64,000 bases of DNA from Camelus ferus (taxonomy: Eukaryota), in contig NC_045696.1 in NCBI RefSeq assembly GCF_009834535.1, positions 7,814,001 through 7,878,000 of the forward strand, given 5' to 3'. The notes below the pieces were generated by a model. That model was not told where the DNA came from and searched no databases. It saw only the letters and a program-made list of their open reading frames with translations. The translations under genes were made by a program, and so were the position numbers. Every line of letters begins with the position of its first letter. Position 1 is the stretch's first letter. Below, one piece after another: positions 26,241-38,780 of the stretch.

Positions 26241-26454
26241 ACAGAGAGAAGCAGGACCATGAGAAAGACAGTTGGATGGGTGGACGGATGAGTCAGATAG
26301 ATAGGAGAGCTGGTGATACCTGAGGGTTCCTGGACTCTCTGAAGCTAGCTCTCCTCTAGGATTCCTGCTTTTTCACTCAGTTAAGTTTTCTTCTTTGTAT
26401 AACTTAGTCTGAGTTGTTGTGGCTGGCTTTGTTTGTTTTATTATTATTATTACT

Positions 26455-26790
26455 TTTTGTATCCAACATATTTTTCCACTGCCCTTCTAGTAGCAAGCAT
26501 CCCCTTTGCCTTTGGGAACCATCCCCTATTCCCCAGGCTTTCTGATGGAGTTGTCAGTCAAGGTACCGCACCCTCTCCTGGCCACATGGGCAGAACACAT
26601 GACACAGATCTGACCAATCAGAATACCCACTTCCACATCCATAGTGACTGGTTCAGGGATGGGCATGTGCCTGAAGCTGGATCCATCAGTGTGCCTTGGG
26701 GATTTTATTCGGCAGAGAATAGGGGAGACTATCTCTGCTGGACTTGCCGGGCCAGGAGGATGGGCACTGGGGCTGCTGGGTGACTCCAGG
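26455..26790 (+). mobile_element. Old MLT1 (K/L-like) LTR remnant
   Basis: tgaccaatcagaatacccacttccacatccatagtgactggttcagggatgggcatgtgcctgaagctggatcc. Confidence 0.6.
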
Positions 26791-27074
26791 TCAGGGGGAT
26801 GTTCTGTTTCCCACAGCTGACTTCTCCCCTGAGATGTCCCACAGTCGCCTCGTGCTCAGCTTCTTCTAATCTGGGCTCACCTGCTCCTCCCCAAATCTGC
26901 TTTCTCTCATCATTTAAGGGGTGGGAGTCTGGCCTGAGAACACAGACAGATGAATCCACCCAGTTTTAGGTACTGTTGCTAGAACATGCGGCCCCTTAAC
27001 CGAGGATGGTGCTTGGATAAGTGGAGTTTCTTGTATCTCCATCTTCCCACCACCCCACAGCCTCACCAGCAGTC

Positions 27075-27240
27075 AGGGGCCCGAGGCCTGTGCGGACCCA
27101 AGGGGCCTGCGCCTGGAAGGACCTGTGCTTGTGTTAAAGCTCATCTGTCACCATCTTGAAGTCCTTAACAATTTTTGAATAAGGGTCCCTGCATTTTCAT
27201 TGGACACTAGACCCTGCAAATTATATATCCTGCCTCCGCC
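27075..27240. mobile_element. MER91-like hAT DNA element
   Basis: tgtcaccatcttgaagtccttaacaatttttgaataagggtccctgcattttcattggacactagaccctgcaaattatat. Confidence 0.75.
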
Positions 27241-28174
27241 TTCAGTTCCTGGTGGAAAAGGCAGCGGAATGGGCCAAGGAGCAAAGGGAGATTTTCTCTC
27301 CCGTGGGTTGACTTGCCTGAGCCCCTGGCAGAGGTGCTTTCAGCCCAAAGCAGGGAGTGGGGAAGGAAGCCAGAGCCCAGACTTAGTCCCAGACTGGGAT
27401 AATCGAGGGTAGACGGTCGGTGTGGTCCCTCATCTGACACGGGGTGTGGGCCAGGAGCTTCTTTGGGATGAGTGAGGGCAGGAGCCTGTGGGGCAGCAGT
27501 GAGGCAAGGCAGGGTCCCCAGGCTGGACCTGTGATCAACTCCTCACCAAATGCCATCAGCGCCCAGGCTGAGGGGGAAATGACCCCAGCTGCAGGGGTCT
27601 GGCCATGGTACTTGAGGCTCACCCTGGAAATGGCAGAAACAAAAAAACATGACTGATAAAAATAACTCTCAGTCCATAGTTTGTTTCTGTAAAATTGCAA
27701 TTAAACAGCCACTGGTACTTCCAAACAAACCTGGTACTAATATCCATCTCTGTGTGGTTTTATTTAAGGGCATGTGACTTCTGACGTCCCACATCACTCC
27801 TCTAGAACCAAAACAAGAAACTCCGTTTCATCCAACCCCTAATGCAGATGTGGAAGTTGATCGGCAGAGTGTGGTTTCCCAAGGAGGTCGTCCTTACGAG
27901 CACGTGCTACCGAAGAGGCATCAGACATGCATCTGGGACACAGGCTGGGTGGGGAAGACCCGCCAAATACATGTTCTTCCCTGAACGCCCCCCTGTCTGA
28001 ATTGGCGATGTTTTTTCTAGAGAGGAGGCACCCACATATTCTGGAATTGTGCTTTCTCCCCCTCAAGCAAATCATTCGTATCAAGACTTGTTGAAATGTG
28101 ACTCCATTGCAGACAGAGAATTAGAAACTGAGCACTGACACCAGATGTTACTCCTCTTTAAAAAAAGTACTATT

Positions 28175-28314
28175 GGGGGGAGGGTATGGCTCAGTGGTAG
28201 ACTGCACGCCTAGTATGCACAGGGTCCTAGGTTCACTCCCCAGTACCTCCATTAAAAATAAATTAGTAAATAAACCTAATTACCTTCCCCAAAACTTTTT
28301 TTTATTTAAAAAAA
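28175..28314 (+). mobile_element. tRNA-derived SINE (vic-1-like, long-tail form)
   Basis: ggggagggtatggctcagtggtagactgcacgcctagtatgcacagggtcctaggttcactccccagtacctccattaaaaataaa...aaacctaattacc; flanked by tttaaaaaaagta/tttaaaaaaatgta. Confidence 0.92.
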
Positions 28315-28467
28315 TGTATCAAAATCCAGGAATGTGTCACGTGTGTTATTGGGAAGGAATTTCATTATTAGGACATCTTTACAGCTAACAGAAGACATCC
28401 AGGTGACATCAAGAGGTTAAAATCATAGCTTCTTTTCAGGTTGCAAATAATAATAGCGTGTGTGTGC

Positions 28468-28850
28468 GTTCACTGAGGCAAAATTCACATAACATAAAAT
28501 TAACCATTTTAAAATGAAAAACTCAGTGGCATTTAGTCCATGCCCAGTGTTGTGCAACCACACCTCTATCTATTTCCAAAACACTTTCATCACCCCAAAA
28601 GGACACAGAGTAAGCAGTTGCACCCCATTCCCCTCTCCCCTCAGCCCCTGGCAACCCCTAATCCGTTCCTGTCCCTATAGATTTGCCTGTTTTGGGTGTT
28701 TCACATAAATGCCGTCACACTACAGGTGGTCTTCTGTGTCTGGCTTCTTGCACTCAGCATAATATCTTCAAGGTTCATCAGCATCGCAGCAGGTACCAGA
28801 CCTTCACTCGCCTTGATGGCTGGATAACATTCCACTGGATATTTATGCAG
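28468..28850 (-). mobile_element. L1MB-like 3' end
   Basis: aaaattcacataacataaaattaaccattttaaaatgaaaaactcagtggcatttagt...tgttgtgcaaccacacctctatctatttccaaaacactttcatcacccc. Confidence 0.88.
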
Positions 28851-28880
28851 TGTGTGTGGTTTCTTTTTTAAGAAGTTACC

Positions 28881-29387
28881 TTTTTTTAAAAAAAATATAT
28901 TATGCCTATCTGTGACCTTGTTTTTTGTTTTTCTCTCTTTTTTTAAATTGCAGTATAGTTGATTTACAATATTGTGATCATTTCAGGTGCACAGCAAAGT
29001 GATTCAGTTATACATACATAGATTCTTTTTCAGATTCTTTTCTATTATAGGTGATTACAAGATATTGGATTTAGTTCCCTGTGCTACACAGTAGGACCTC
29101 GTTGTTTGTCTATTTTATATATGGTAGTGTGTATCTATTAATCCAAACTTTTAATTATCCCTCCCCCCCCACCTTTGGTAACTATAAGTTTGTTTTCTGT
29201 GTCTGTGAGTCTATTTCTGTTTTGTAAACAAGTTCATTTGTATCATTTTTTAGATTCCACATACAAGTGATATCATATGATATTTGTCTTTCTCTGTCTA
29301 ACTTGTTTAGTATGATCATCTCCAAGGTCCATCCATGTTGCTGCAAATGGCATTATTTCATTCTTTTTTATGGCTGAGTAGTATTCC

Positions 29388-29441
<54 letters not shown>

Positions 29442-29562
29442 CATTACCACCTACTTTTTATCCATTCATCTGTTGATGGACATTTAGGTTGCTTCCATGT
29501 CTTGTCTGTTGTAACCAGTGCTTCTGTGAACATTGGGGTGCATAGATCTTTTCGGTTTAGAG
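28881..29562 (-). mobile_element. Cetartiodactyl-type L1 3' end with (TG)n at about 29390-29438
   Basis: aattgcagtatagttgatttacaatattgtg...ttagattccacatacaagtgatatcatatg...gtgaacattggggtgcatagatcttttc; ORF 29444..29653 contains [29 protein letters not shown]. Confidence 0.92.
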
Positions 29563-30699
29563 TTTCAAGAAGTTGACTCTGTTCCCTTGGCCTCCTGCGA
29601 GCAGGAAGTCTTGTTGGCACTGTCTCACGCCTGGTTTTATGCACACAGCACAAGGTGGTTCGCTGGCTGGGAGGTGATTAAAGGCACCGTGAACCGCCCT
29701 TCCTCCTCCACCCTGGAACCGCAACGGGGCAGAGTAAGATTGCCAAGGATTGAAGAGTGCTGCGTTAGGAACAAGCGTAAAACTGTGCTTCAGTGAAACT
29801 TGTACTTGGAATCTGGGGGTCACCCGCTGCTGGGAGTGGCGTTTTGACCCCTCCAAATTAAACAAACAGTAAGCAGAGAAATAAACTTGGGGCTGAGGTT
29901 CCGGCAGGTTGGGGAAAAGGTAATTCAGTTAGTGCTCTTGGGGTTGGGCTCCTAAAATACATGATTTGGGGAACTCTCGCTGGTGTGGAGTCACGGAAAT
30001 AAACAGAGTTTCATTGGGGAGGAGGGTCCCCCACTTCGGGCTCCTTGTACGGCTGTTATTAAACCTACCTGGCTTTGCCAATGCAGGATTTTACTCAAGT
30101 TTTCAATGTCCCTCTCAGAATTCCCTTGGGGACCCTCCTCCCCCCAGCCGCCCTCCCCCCTGCTGGCCGGGCGGACAGTGTCTCCCGTGCTCCGTAAACG
30201 CCCTCACATGACACCCCACCTGAAGCTGCTCCCAACCTGGTGAAGTGTGGGGCCGAGGCCCCGCTCTCCTCTCAGGTTTGACACAATGGTCACCGAGGTC
30301 TGTTTAGTGCTTTTCTTTTTTCCAGCCAAGGAGCAGAAATGTGCGTTTGAGATGAAGATGGATGATTCCTGCGTGAGCTGGGGTTTTCTAACTGGGGAGG
30401 CAGGGTTGTTTACGGGTTTGAAACATTGAAAAGCAATACTGTACTGGCTCCCAAGAGGAAACGGAGTTGTTTTCCTTCCCTGATGAAGTGTTTGGGGCAG
30501 TTGTTGGAGAAACTAGGGGCGAAGGTTTGTTTTTAACGTTTCCTACTGGGCACATCAGGAGCTAATTCTCTCCTGCATGTTTCCTCTTTTTTTCTCTTGT
30601 CCTTACTCACACACGCGCAATGTAAGGTCTTCGTTGAATCTTTGCTCTGTGATCAGGACTCTGAGACTGTCAAAAAAACCCCAATAAATCTGATTCCCA

Positions 30700-30800
30700 C
30701 CCACCTCCTGTCGAGAGGGCAGGGTCGTGTGTGCTTGGTACCTCGCACATACGCTAGCACATAGTAGGTGCTTAGTGAGTGCGGGCAGAGGGAATGAGTG
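30700..30800 (+). mobile_element. L2 3' end
   Basis: gagagggcagggtcgtgtgtgcttgg...ctagcacatagtaggtgcttagtgagtg. Confidence 0.55.
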
Positions 30801-32604
30801 TGATGTCCTGCTCGGCTGCATCAGTGTTTTCCAGGTTCTGGCAGGCCGGGTGTTTGCTCTGTAAGCCTTTCCCATCGGCTCCGCATGGGAATGGCAAGAG
30901 GTGAGCATTCTCAACCCGATCGGCTGTGGCCCCTGCAGCCCTGCTGGGCTCAGCAGCCCCACTGGGGCATAAGGAGCCCCGTGTTGCCCTCTGGAACCCC
31001 TAACAAGCCCTGGAAGGATGGTGGTGACAAGCAAGGTGTCCTGTGTCAAGGCTCATTCTCGGCAATGCCAAAGCCACAGTGGGAAAAGTTGCAGCTAGTC
31101 CCAGAGCGACACATGGTACTTCTGAAGGGGATGTCGTGGGCGCTTCACGGGAGCCAGAAAAGGCAGATTCCCGGAGTCCACAGGAAGGAGTCTTCATCCA
31201 CTCTCTTCCCCATTTCACCCTGGATCAGAGCCTAGGTACGGCCTCTGGAACTTTCTGGAGCCCTGAGGACAGACACTGAGCAGTCCAGCTGTGAGCTTCC
31301 CCTAACAACTCCCTGCTTCCCAGGATGCAGTGCCGCAGGAGCACGGACGCTCTTTACAGCATCAAAGTGTGTTACCGATGGGACAGGGTGAATCCAGCTG
31401 TGATATGGTGACCAGTGAGGCATTTCTCAAAGTGAATTAACTGCTTATTATTCAGTTCTGGCTAAACTTAAAAAAAAGTTTATCTGGGGGACACCATGAT
31501 ACACATATGATGTTACACTGAATTAGACTGAACAATTGAAATTGAATTCAATATTCATTATTTGTATTAAACTGGAACATGAGTGTGTCTAGAGTTTCCC
31601 AGGAATTTGAATCTAGACAGACATTTCAGAAAATTTCTGGTGTGCTGCTCAGGAGGACAATGCTTTTCAGTTCACTGATGGCCAGCTCAGGGTTATAAGG
31701 AGAAAATTAAGAGAATTTTTTAAAGCTATAGGACAAGAAAACGTTCATCAGTGAGTAGAACTGATTTACCATCAAAGCCCCATGTCCGTTGTCTCTTTAA
31801 TTCAGAGGGCAGTTTTGAAATGGAATCCCCCCTTCCTGTACCTCCCAGGCTTTCTCGCAGTGCGGCCTGGCTGCAGTGCTGCTGGAGTGTGAGTGTGGGT
31901 GCCAGTGCTTTTCTTGGGTCTGGGACTGGGTTCCCTGCGCAAGCCTCATGTTCTCCATACTCTTTCCCCTTCCCACTGGCTGGAATCCAGACTTGGTGGC
32001 AATTCAGGCCTGTAGACAATGAGAAAGCCAGGAAGACGGGGGAGCAACACAGGGGAAGGGAGCTGGGTTCCTGTGTGACCATGTGGATCTGATCTGCCCT
32101 AGGCATCTGGAACTCTTTAAGAGAGAAATAAACTTCTGTGGTCTGAAGCCAGAGAGCTTAGCTTTCCCCCAACTAACAGAGAAGACACACACTGGGGCAA
32201 GGTGGTCACGTGAGTCTAAGAAAGAACACGCATGCACGGCATACGGAGTTTACCTGGTTGGATATGAGACTCTCCCTTAGACTGAGATGACTGCAGAAGC
32301 ACAGGGAGCACCTGGCTCAGGCCAGGCAGGCACCTGTGGATGTCCCAGGGCAGCAGAAGGAGCACCACCTCAGGCCCGGCTGCACATGGGTCCAGGGTGC
32401 TCACAAGCCAGGCAGCCAAGGGGCTGAGTCTGTTACCATGAACCCAGGCCTTGGGGTAAAACAGGAAGAGGCTGCTAAGATTGAGTCCGTAGGCCATCTG
32501 CAGAGCAGTGACTGGCCTGGGTCTAAGGAGTCCATGTAGCAGAGAGTCCTGTCAGAGAAGATGCTGTGGATGCTTTATTGGGAGAAAGCAGGACAGGAAA
32601 AGTG

Positions 32605-32735
32605 CCAAGCACTGTGCACCTATGATCTCATTTAATCCCCAGTATCCCCTGAAGTGGATGTCATTATCCCCACTTTGTAGATTACAGATGAGTAAACTGA
32701 GGCTCAGTGAGGCTCCCTTGCCCAGGGTCACCCAG
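32605..32735 (-). mobile_element. MIR, interrupted by an MLT2 LTR
   Basis: atctcatttaatcccc...cattatccccactttgtagattacagatgagtaaactgaggctcagtgagg...cttgcccagggtcacccag. Confidence 0.8.
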
Positions 32736-33187
32736 TGTGATGGTTAATTTTATGTGACTTTACTGGGCCATGGGGTACCCAGATATTTGGCCAAACATTC
32801 TGGGTGTTCCTGTGGGGGTGTTTTCTGATGAGATAACATTTGAATTGGTAGACCAAGTAGAGCAGATTGCCCTCCCTAACATGGGTGGGCCTCATGCAAT
32901 CAGTTTAAAGCAAAGAACAAAAGGCTTACCCTTGCCAAATAAGGAGGAACTTCTCCTGTCTGACTGCCTTGAGCTGGGCCTTCAGATTTAAACTGAAACA
33001 CAGGCTCGCCTTGGGTTTTGAGCCTGCCAGCTGTTGGACTGGAAATACATCAGCTCTCCTGGGTCTCCAGTTTGCCAGCCGTAGGTCACGGGACATCTCA
33101 GCCTCCATCACTGTGTGAGCCATTCCTTATAATGAGCACACACACACCTGATTGGTTCTGTTTCTCTGGAGAACCCTGACTAGTACA
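32736..33187 (+). mobile_element. MLT2B-like solo LTR (ERVL)
   Basis: TG...CA termini: tgtgatggttaattttatgtg...ttggttctgtttctctggagaaccctgactagtaca; 5-bp TSD cccag/cctag. Confidence 0.93.
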
Positions 33188-34431
33188 CCTAGGTAGTGCG
33201 GAAGCTGTAACTGTGGGCTTGGGTCCCGACCAGAAGCCCCCCCACTGCACCACTGGCCCCAGCATATCAGAGGACTGGGGATGCTTTTTCAGCTGGAACA
33301 ATGCAGGCCTGCTTGCCCTGGGTTGATGGGCCTTCTCTGGTCCTCAGCCAAGGCTCTGTCACTGTCTACATCTTCTGGCAGGGTCTCCAGCTGGTCTGGG
33401 TTGCCTGGAGAAGGGGAATATATAGCCCCCAGGACCCAAGGTGTCAGCTTCCTCCCCCTTTTCAATACTGGAATGGAAGAAAAGCTTTGACCCAGAAAAG
33501 GAGTCCATTCACTCAACAAATCACCTCCTGTGGACAAGGCATTGGGGGTGCTGTGGGAACAGGCAGTGATGAGGCCCTGAGAGGCATCAGAGAACTTGGC
33601 TGCAGAGATTGGGGATTCCATACTGATATAATAAAATGGTAGAGGAGGCTGGGGCTTCAGGGAGGTACTTTGAGTTACACCTTGACAATTCTTTTGACAT
33701 TAATCCCAAGAAATTAATACCCATTAATCCAATGTTTGGCCATTAGTGGTTAATTCCTTTGCATATGAAAGACTTGTAGGACATTGAGGGTCCCAAGAAA
33801 GTCCTAATGTCCCCAGGGAAAGGTAATACCATAAGCTGGTGCTACTTGAGGGTCAGGGTTAGTGACTGCTGAGACCGGCCCTGTGGAAGGGTACACAGGA
33901 TGGACATAAGATGAAAGGGAAGCCACCAGCGGCCAGGGCCCAGAGAGGACAGGAGGTCCTCAGGACAAAGCCCTGTTGACCACATGACCTACACATGGAT
34001 GCTTTCTGGGCTTTTGTTCCTGGAGGTGATCCTGACGTTGCTTGGTGACCTGCTCCTCTTCCCCTTTGTGGCTACATCTGTGCTTTTGTTCAGGTGTCCC
34101 CTCTTTGGAGAAAGTATCCAATCTGCAGCTGAGGAGTGAATCTAGTTTGTGCTGATTAAGGTCGGTCCATTTCCCTTGTAAAGGACTGAATTGGGGATGA
34201 GCTTGGGACTCAGGTTCGGCCAATGAGATATGGAGCGGGGAAATCCCTCAGGGGCTGTGGGAAAGCTTCCTGGCTTTTGAAAAGAGGTGGGGAGGAGACC
34301 ACTCCTCTCCCACTGGGCATCGATATGTCTGGGTGAGAAGCAGAGCTGGAAAGGAAGACCCCGCAGGTCCGTGGCTGTGGTCGCCACCCAGCATGCATCT
34401 CTTCATTGTCCCAACGTGTGGAATTTGGCAT

Positions 34432-34615
34432 CCATCCATTCATTTATTGAACAATTATTTTTTAATCGCCCACTATGTGCCCTGACTAGCATACACTCTA
34501 GCAGAGGAGAGAGAATATTAAACAATGAACATGGTAAGTAAGTAACGGAAATAGTAGTGTAAACAGGGCGACCAGGGGAGGTCTTACGGAGAAGGTGACA
34601 TTCAAGTCCAAAGTT
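34432..34615 (-). mobile_element. L2 fragment
   Basis: ccatccattcatttattgaacaattattttttaatcgcccactatgtgcc...gaccaggggaggtcttacggagaaggtgacatt. Confidence 0.65.
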
Positions 34616-34703
34616 TCATAACTTATTGTCCCTGTGGAGACTAACCAAGTCCCACTTTCTGAAATGCATGATTTGAGCTCTTTCCAGAGAAAGCCCCTTT
34701 AAA

Positions 34704-34894
34704 TAGGTGGTTCTTGGCTGCAGGCGATTTGTCCCTATTCCCCGCGACTTTTGGCAATGCCTGGAGATCTTTTTGATCCTCACAACTGAAAGGGTTGCTA
34801 CTGGCATCTAGTGGGTAGAGGCCAGGGGTGCGGCTAAACATCCGACAAGGAACTGGGGCCAAAGTGTGACCAGCGCTGAGGTTGAGGAGCCCGG
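34704..34894. mobile_element. MER20 hAT-Charlie DNA transposon
   Basis: gtggttct...ttggcaatgcctggagatctttttgatcctcacaactg...tgctactggcatctagtgggtagaggccagggg...gctgaggttgaggagccc. Confidence 0.85.
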
Positions 34895-36284
34895 TCCAGA
34901 CGAGCAGGCTGGCTTTTGCAGACACTGGGAAACCAAGGTGGATCCATCTGCCCTTTCCTGGGACTTCGGCAGAAGGGTGGACCACACAGCGTTTGCTGGA
35001 GCAGATGGGAACGCCTGGTGCACTCGGATCCCGCAGCCCCAGCACATTTTGCCGGCATGGGGGTAAGAAAGCAAAAGATGATGATTTGCACTAACTGGTG
35101 TAACCTACTGCCAGGCCTCAAGGGAAGGAAAGCGAAACGCATCCCAAGAAGCTTGGTTTATGGTGCAGGAAGGGTTTAGTGACTTTACTGCTCAGATTAC
35201 CATTTGGGTATCAGTTTCATCATCATCAACCTCCAATTTCCTGTTTTGCTTATCTTAGAATTACTTTTTTTTTTAATGTGTGCACAGCCCATATGGCTTT
35301 GGCTTCAAGTTGATTAGATATGGAACTGGTTTATAATGGATTAGAATGCAGGATTTGTTTGCTTTGTAATATTTTAAGGAAGAAATGAAAGAAGCTGTAA
35401 TGATGGAGAGAGATAGTGTGTATTTACGGTCGTATTCTTTTTTCATTACCGGAAAAGACAACTTATTTAGGAATGTGGATTATGGCTCTTGGTCACTTTT
35501 TGATTTGTGTTTCACTCTGGGGTTTTCCTGAGTTACAAATCCCTGCAGATCTGTGGGACTTAAGAGGTACACTTGTACATTTATTTTTCCTCTTAGCCTT
35601 TTGTCTCCACCCCCACCCCCACCACTTGGAGTTGTATTTTTTCCTTTCCCCCTCAATTTCTGTGCTTCCCTATAAACCAATCCGTGTGCCACTTTTCCCT
35701 GCATCGCCTGCACAGTGGGAAACATTATTCAAATCAGCCCTGTGAAACCGATGGCCTGTTGCCCCGGCTGTTAAACGCTGATCCGCGGGGCACTGACACT
35801 CAGCATCCGGACATCCTAGTGCAGCTCATATTTTGGTAAATATGTATTTTCTTGATCATTTCAAACTACCATGCAAAGCCACATCCTGCCTTCTGTTAGA
35901 TGCTCGGAGCAGTACGATACGCTGTGGATGGCTCTGCAGGTGGCAGAGGAAGGCTGCGCGGGCTGGTTCTGTGACACGGAGACCATCAGGGCAGCCTCCC
36001 CACAACCTAGTGACCCAGATGGTGGACTGCTTTGGGGATCAGGACTGGGAGCTTAGATCCCTGGGGCTTTCTGGGTCTCAGTGTTAGAAGTCTTTGGCAG
36101 ATTTCAACATAACCAACCACTGGGATCCTTTAAAGTCACTGTTGGACACAGTGTGCATAGTCACAGGCTGAGAACTTGGGATCAGGATCTGGGATTTTTT
36201 TTTCTTTTTGTCTGATAGCCTCCTAGATTCCCACCTCCTGGGATGTAACCAGACCAATGTTTGTGGGCCTCGGTAGACAGATTT

Positions 36285-36666
36285 TGTGGGTTGGGTGCCC
36301 CCAAGAGATATGTTCAAGTCCTAACCCCTGGTACCTGGGAATGTGGCCTTATTCAGAAATAGGTTCTTTGCAGATGTAATTAAGATGTAAGTTATCAGGA
36401 GAATGGACGCAGAGAAACACAGTGGAGACAGCCATGTGGTGACAGAGGCAGAGGTGGGAAAGATGTGGCTACAAAGCAAGGAACTCCAAGAGTTCCCAGC
36501 CACCACCGGAAATTAGGAGAGAGGCATGGAGCAGACTCTCCTTCTCTCTGAGCCTCCAAGAAGGAGCCAATCCCACCAGCACCCAGAACTGCGAGAAAAA
36601 CATTTCTGTTGTTTTAAACCACCCAGTTTGTAGTTCTTTCTTACAGAAGCCCTATGAAACTAATTA
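36285..36666 (+). mobile_element. MLT1B/C-like solo LTR
   Basis: gatatgttcaagtcctaacccctggtacctgggaatgtggccttattcagaaatagg...catttctgttgttttaaaccacccagtttgtagt...gaaactaat. Confidence 0.88.
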
Positions 36667-38142
36667 ATTATTAGTTTATTATGATGATTACAGTAGCTCA
36701 TTAAGAGAAACAAAAGGATTCTTCAACTTTCAATTTCTAGGAGAAACTGAGAGCCAAATGCAGTTAGCCCAGAATAATTAAACTGAACCTATTTTTTAAA
36801 ATCATGAGTGAGAAAACCTACCCGTGGTGGTCAAATGGATGCCACGGATTAGTCAGTGAAGGGGTTGGGGGTTGAGTATAGGCCTTTGTGTTTTAATCAG
36901 AACAAGGAACTGAGGAAGGCACAGGTTCTGCTCTTACTCTTGATCCAGTCTCTGGTGTTTAACCACTTCACCTGGAGAACTGGTCAACCGGGACGGGGCA
37001 TGCAGATTGGCTTTGAATTCCTTGGTTACACAGAGTTCAAAACACTCTTGTTTAACCACTGCCATTGAAACCAATGGATTTTTTTTTAAAAACTCTTTCA
37101 TTGGAAAATCTTTCTTCAGCAGCATTGTTTCTCTTGCATCTCATAGTTCAGCTTGAACATGATTCTACAGTACAGTTGATGGTAATTTAGTTGATAGTAA
37201 CTAACCTGTACTCAGTCCCCACTGCAGCCCCCTCAGAGAGGAAAACGTATGCAACTATCACTCATGCTGATCCCAGGAATGTGTTGGCTGCCAGAAATAG
37301 CTTTCTGGCTCCTAGGACTGGTTCTGTCTATCTCCAGACCTCAGTTTGTTGGGATCCCATTATATACAAAAGGCAGAAAGAAATGAAGATAGGATTTCTG
37401 CCTCAGCCATGAGTCCAGGACTGTATTATTCAATTCCAAGCCACTGCCTTAAATCTGAAAACCCAGGATCCACTTTGATGGCTGTCGGTGGCTCTACAGC
37501 AGTCTGACAGTGCCACGACAGCTCTCCAGGGGCCACTGTCCCAAATGGACTCCTTAGCCTGGTTGGTTAGGTTGTAGCACCTCCAGATTACATGCGGACA
37601 CCAGCAGACTGACCCAGCTACTTCGAACTGCTTGGGTGCATTAATTTCATGGCTTCTAAAACTCTTTCCACAAAATGCTGATCCTCACTCTGGATGAGCA
37701 ACAAACATCTATTGGGCACCTGGGAAATGTAATAACCTGGCACCAAGGGGTTATCCTTGGGAAGTGCTCCAATGCTGCCGAAGCCCTTGCAGAGATATTT
37801 TAGGCTGGCTTACACTGGAGGGGTGGACTTGTTGCCATTGTTGGAGGGGCCAGTTGCTGGGGGGAAGAATCCAGTAGAAGGAAGGAGCGAGTGGTCTATG
37901 TGGGGAGAGGGGGACAGGAGAGGTGGTGGATATGACAGGACAGAGAACAAATGCTTCATGATTCGCAGCTCATCCAGGCAGTTGGTCAGACTCACACAAT
38001 CACAGAGAAAATTGCTACTGCTATTAACCGACCCTGTCTTTTTTATTATAAATATGAGTGGCAACCACGGAGCACCATACATTAAAAGGAATAATAGCCC
38101 CAAGCAGGAGAACCAAGATGAGAAATAGAATAATTGATGCCA

Positions 38143-38764
38143 TATGGCCCAGGAATCCTGCTCCTGGGCATATATCCAGAAGGAACCCTACTTCAGGATG
38201 ACACCTGCACCCCAATGTTCATAGCAGCATTATTTACAATAGCCAAGACATGGAAACAGCCTAAATGTCTATCAACAGATGACTGGATAAAGAAGATGTG
38301 GTATATTTATACAATGGAATACTACTCAGCCATAAAAACCGACAACATAACGCCATTTGCAGCAACATGGATGCTCCTGGAGAATGTTATTCTAAGTGAA
38401 GTAAGCCAGAAAGAGAAAGAAAAATACCACATGAGATCGCTCATGTGTGGCATCTAAAAAAACAAACAAACAAAGCATAAATACAAAACAGAAATAGATT
38501 CACAGACATAGAATATAAACTTGTGCTTGCCAAGGGGGCAGGGGGTTGGGAAGAGATAGACTGGGATTTCAAAATTGTAGAATAGATAAACAAGATTATA
38601 CTGTACAGCACAGGGAAATATATACAAGATCTTATGGTAGCTCACAGAGAAAAAAAGTGACAATGAATATATATGTTCATGTATAACTGAAAAATTGTGC
38701 TCTACACTGGAATTTGACACAACATTGTAAAATGATTATAAATCAATAAAAAAAAGTTAAAAAA
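38143..38764 (+). mobile_element. Young lineage-specific L1, 5'-truncated, with perfect 16-bp TSD
   Basis: ORF 38134..38457 is an uninterrupted ORF2 C-terminus ([21 protein letters not shown]...ENVILSEVSQKEKEKYHMRSLMCGI); A-tail; TSD agaataattgatgcca at 38127-38142 and 38765-38780. Confidence 0.97.
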
Positions 38765-38780
38765 AGAATAATTGATGCCA

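Noticed and set aside
28175..28250. tRNA gene (also 22497, 23346, 42121, 60011)
   Set aside because: A and B boxes are present, but the copies are diverged, do not fold into a proper cloverleaf, and have A-rich tails and TSD-like flanks, so they are SINEs.
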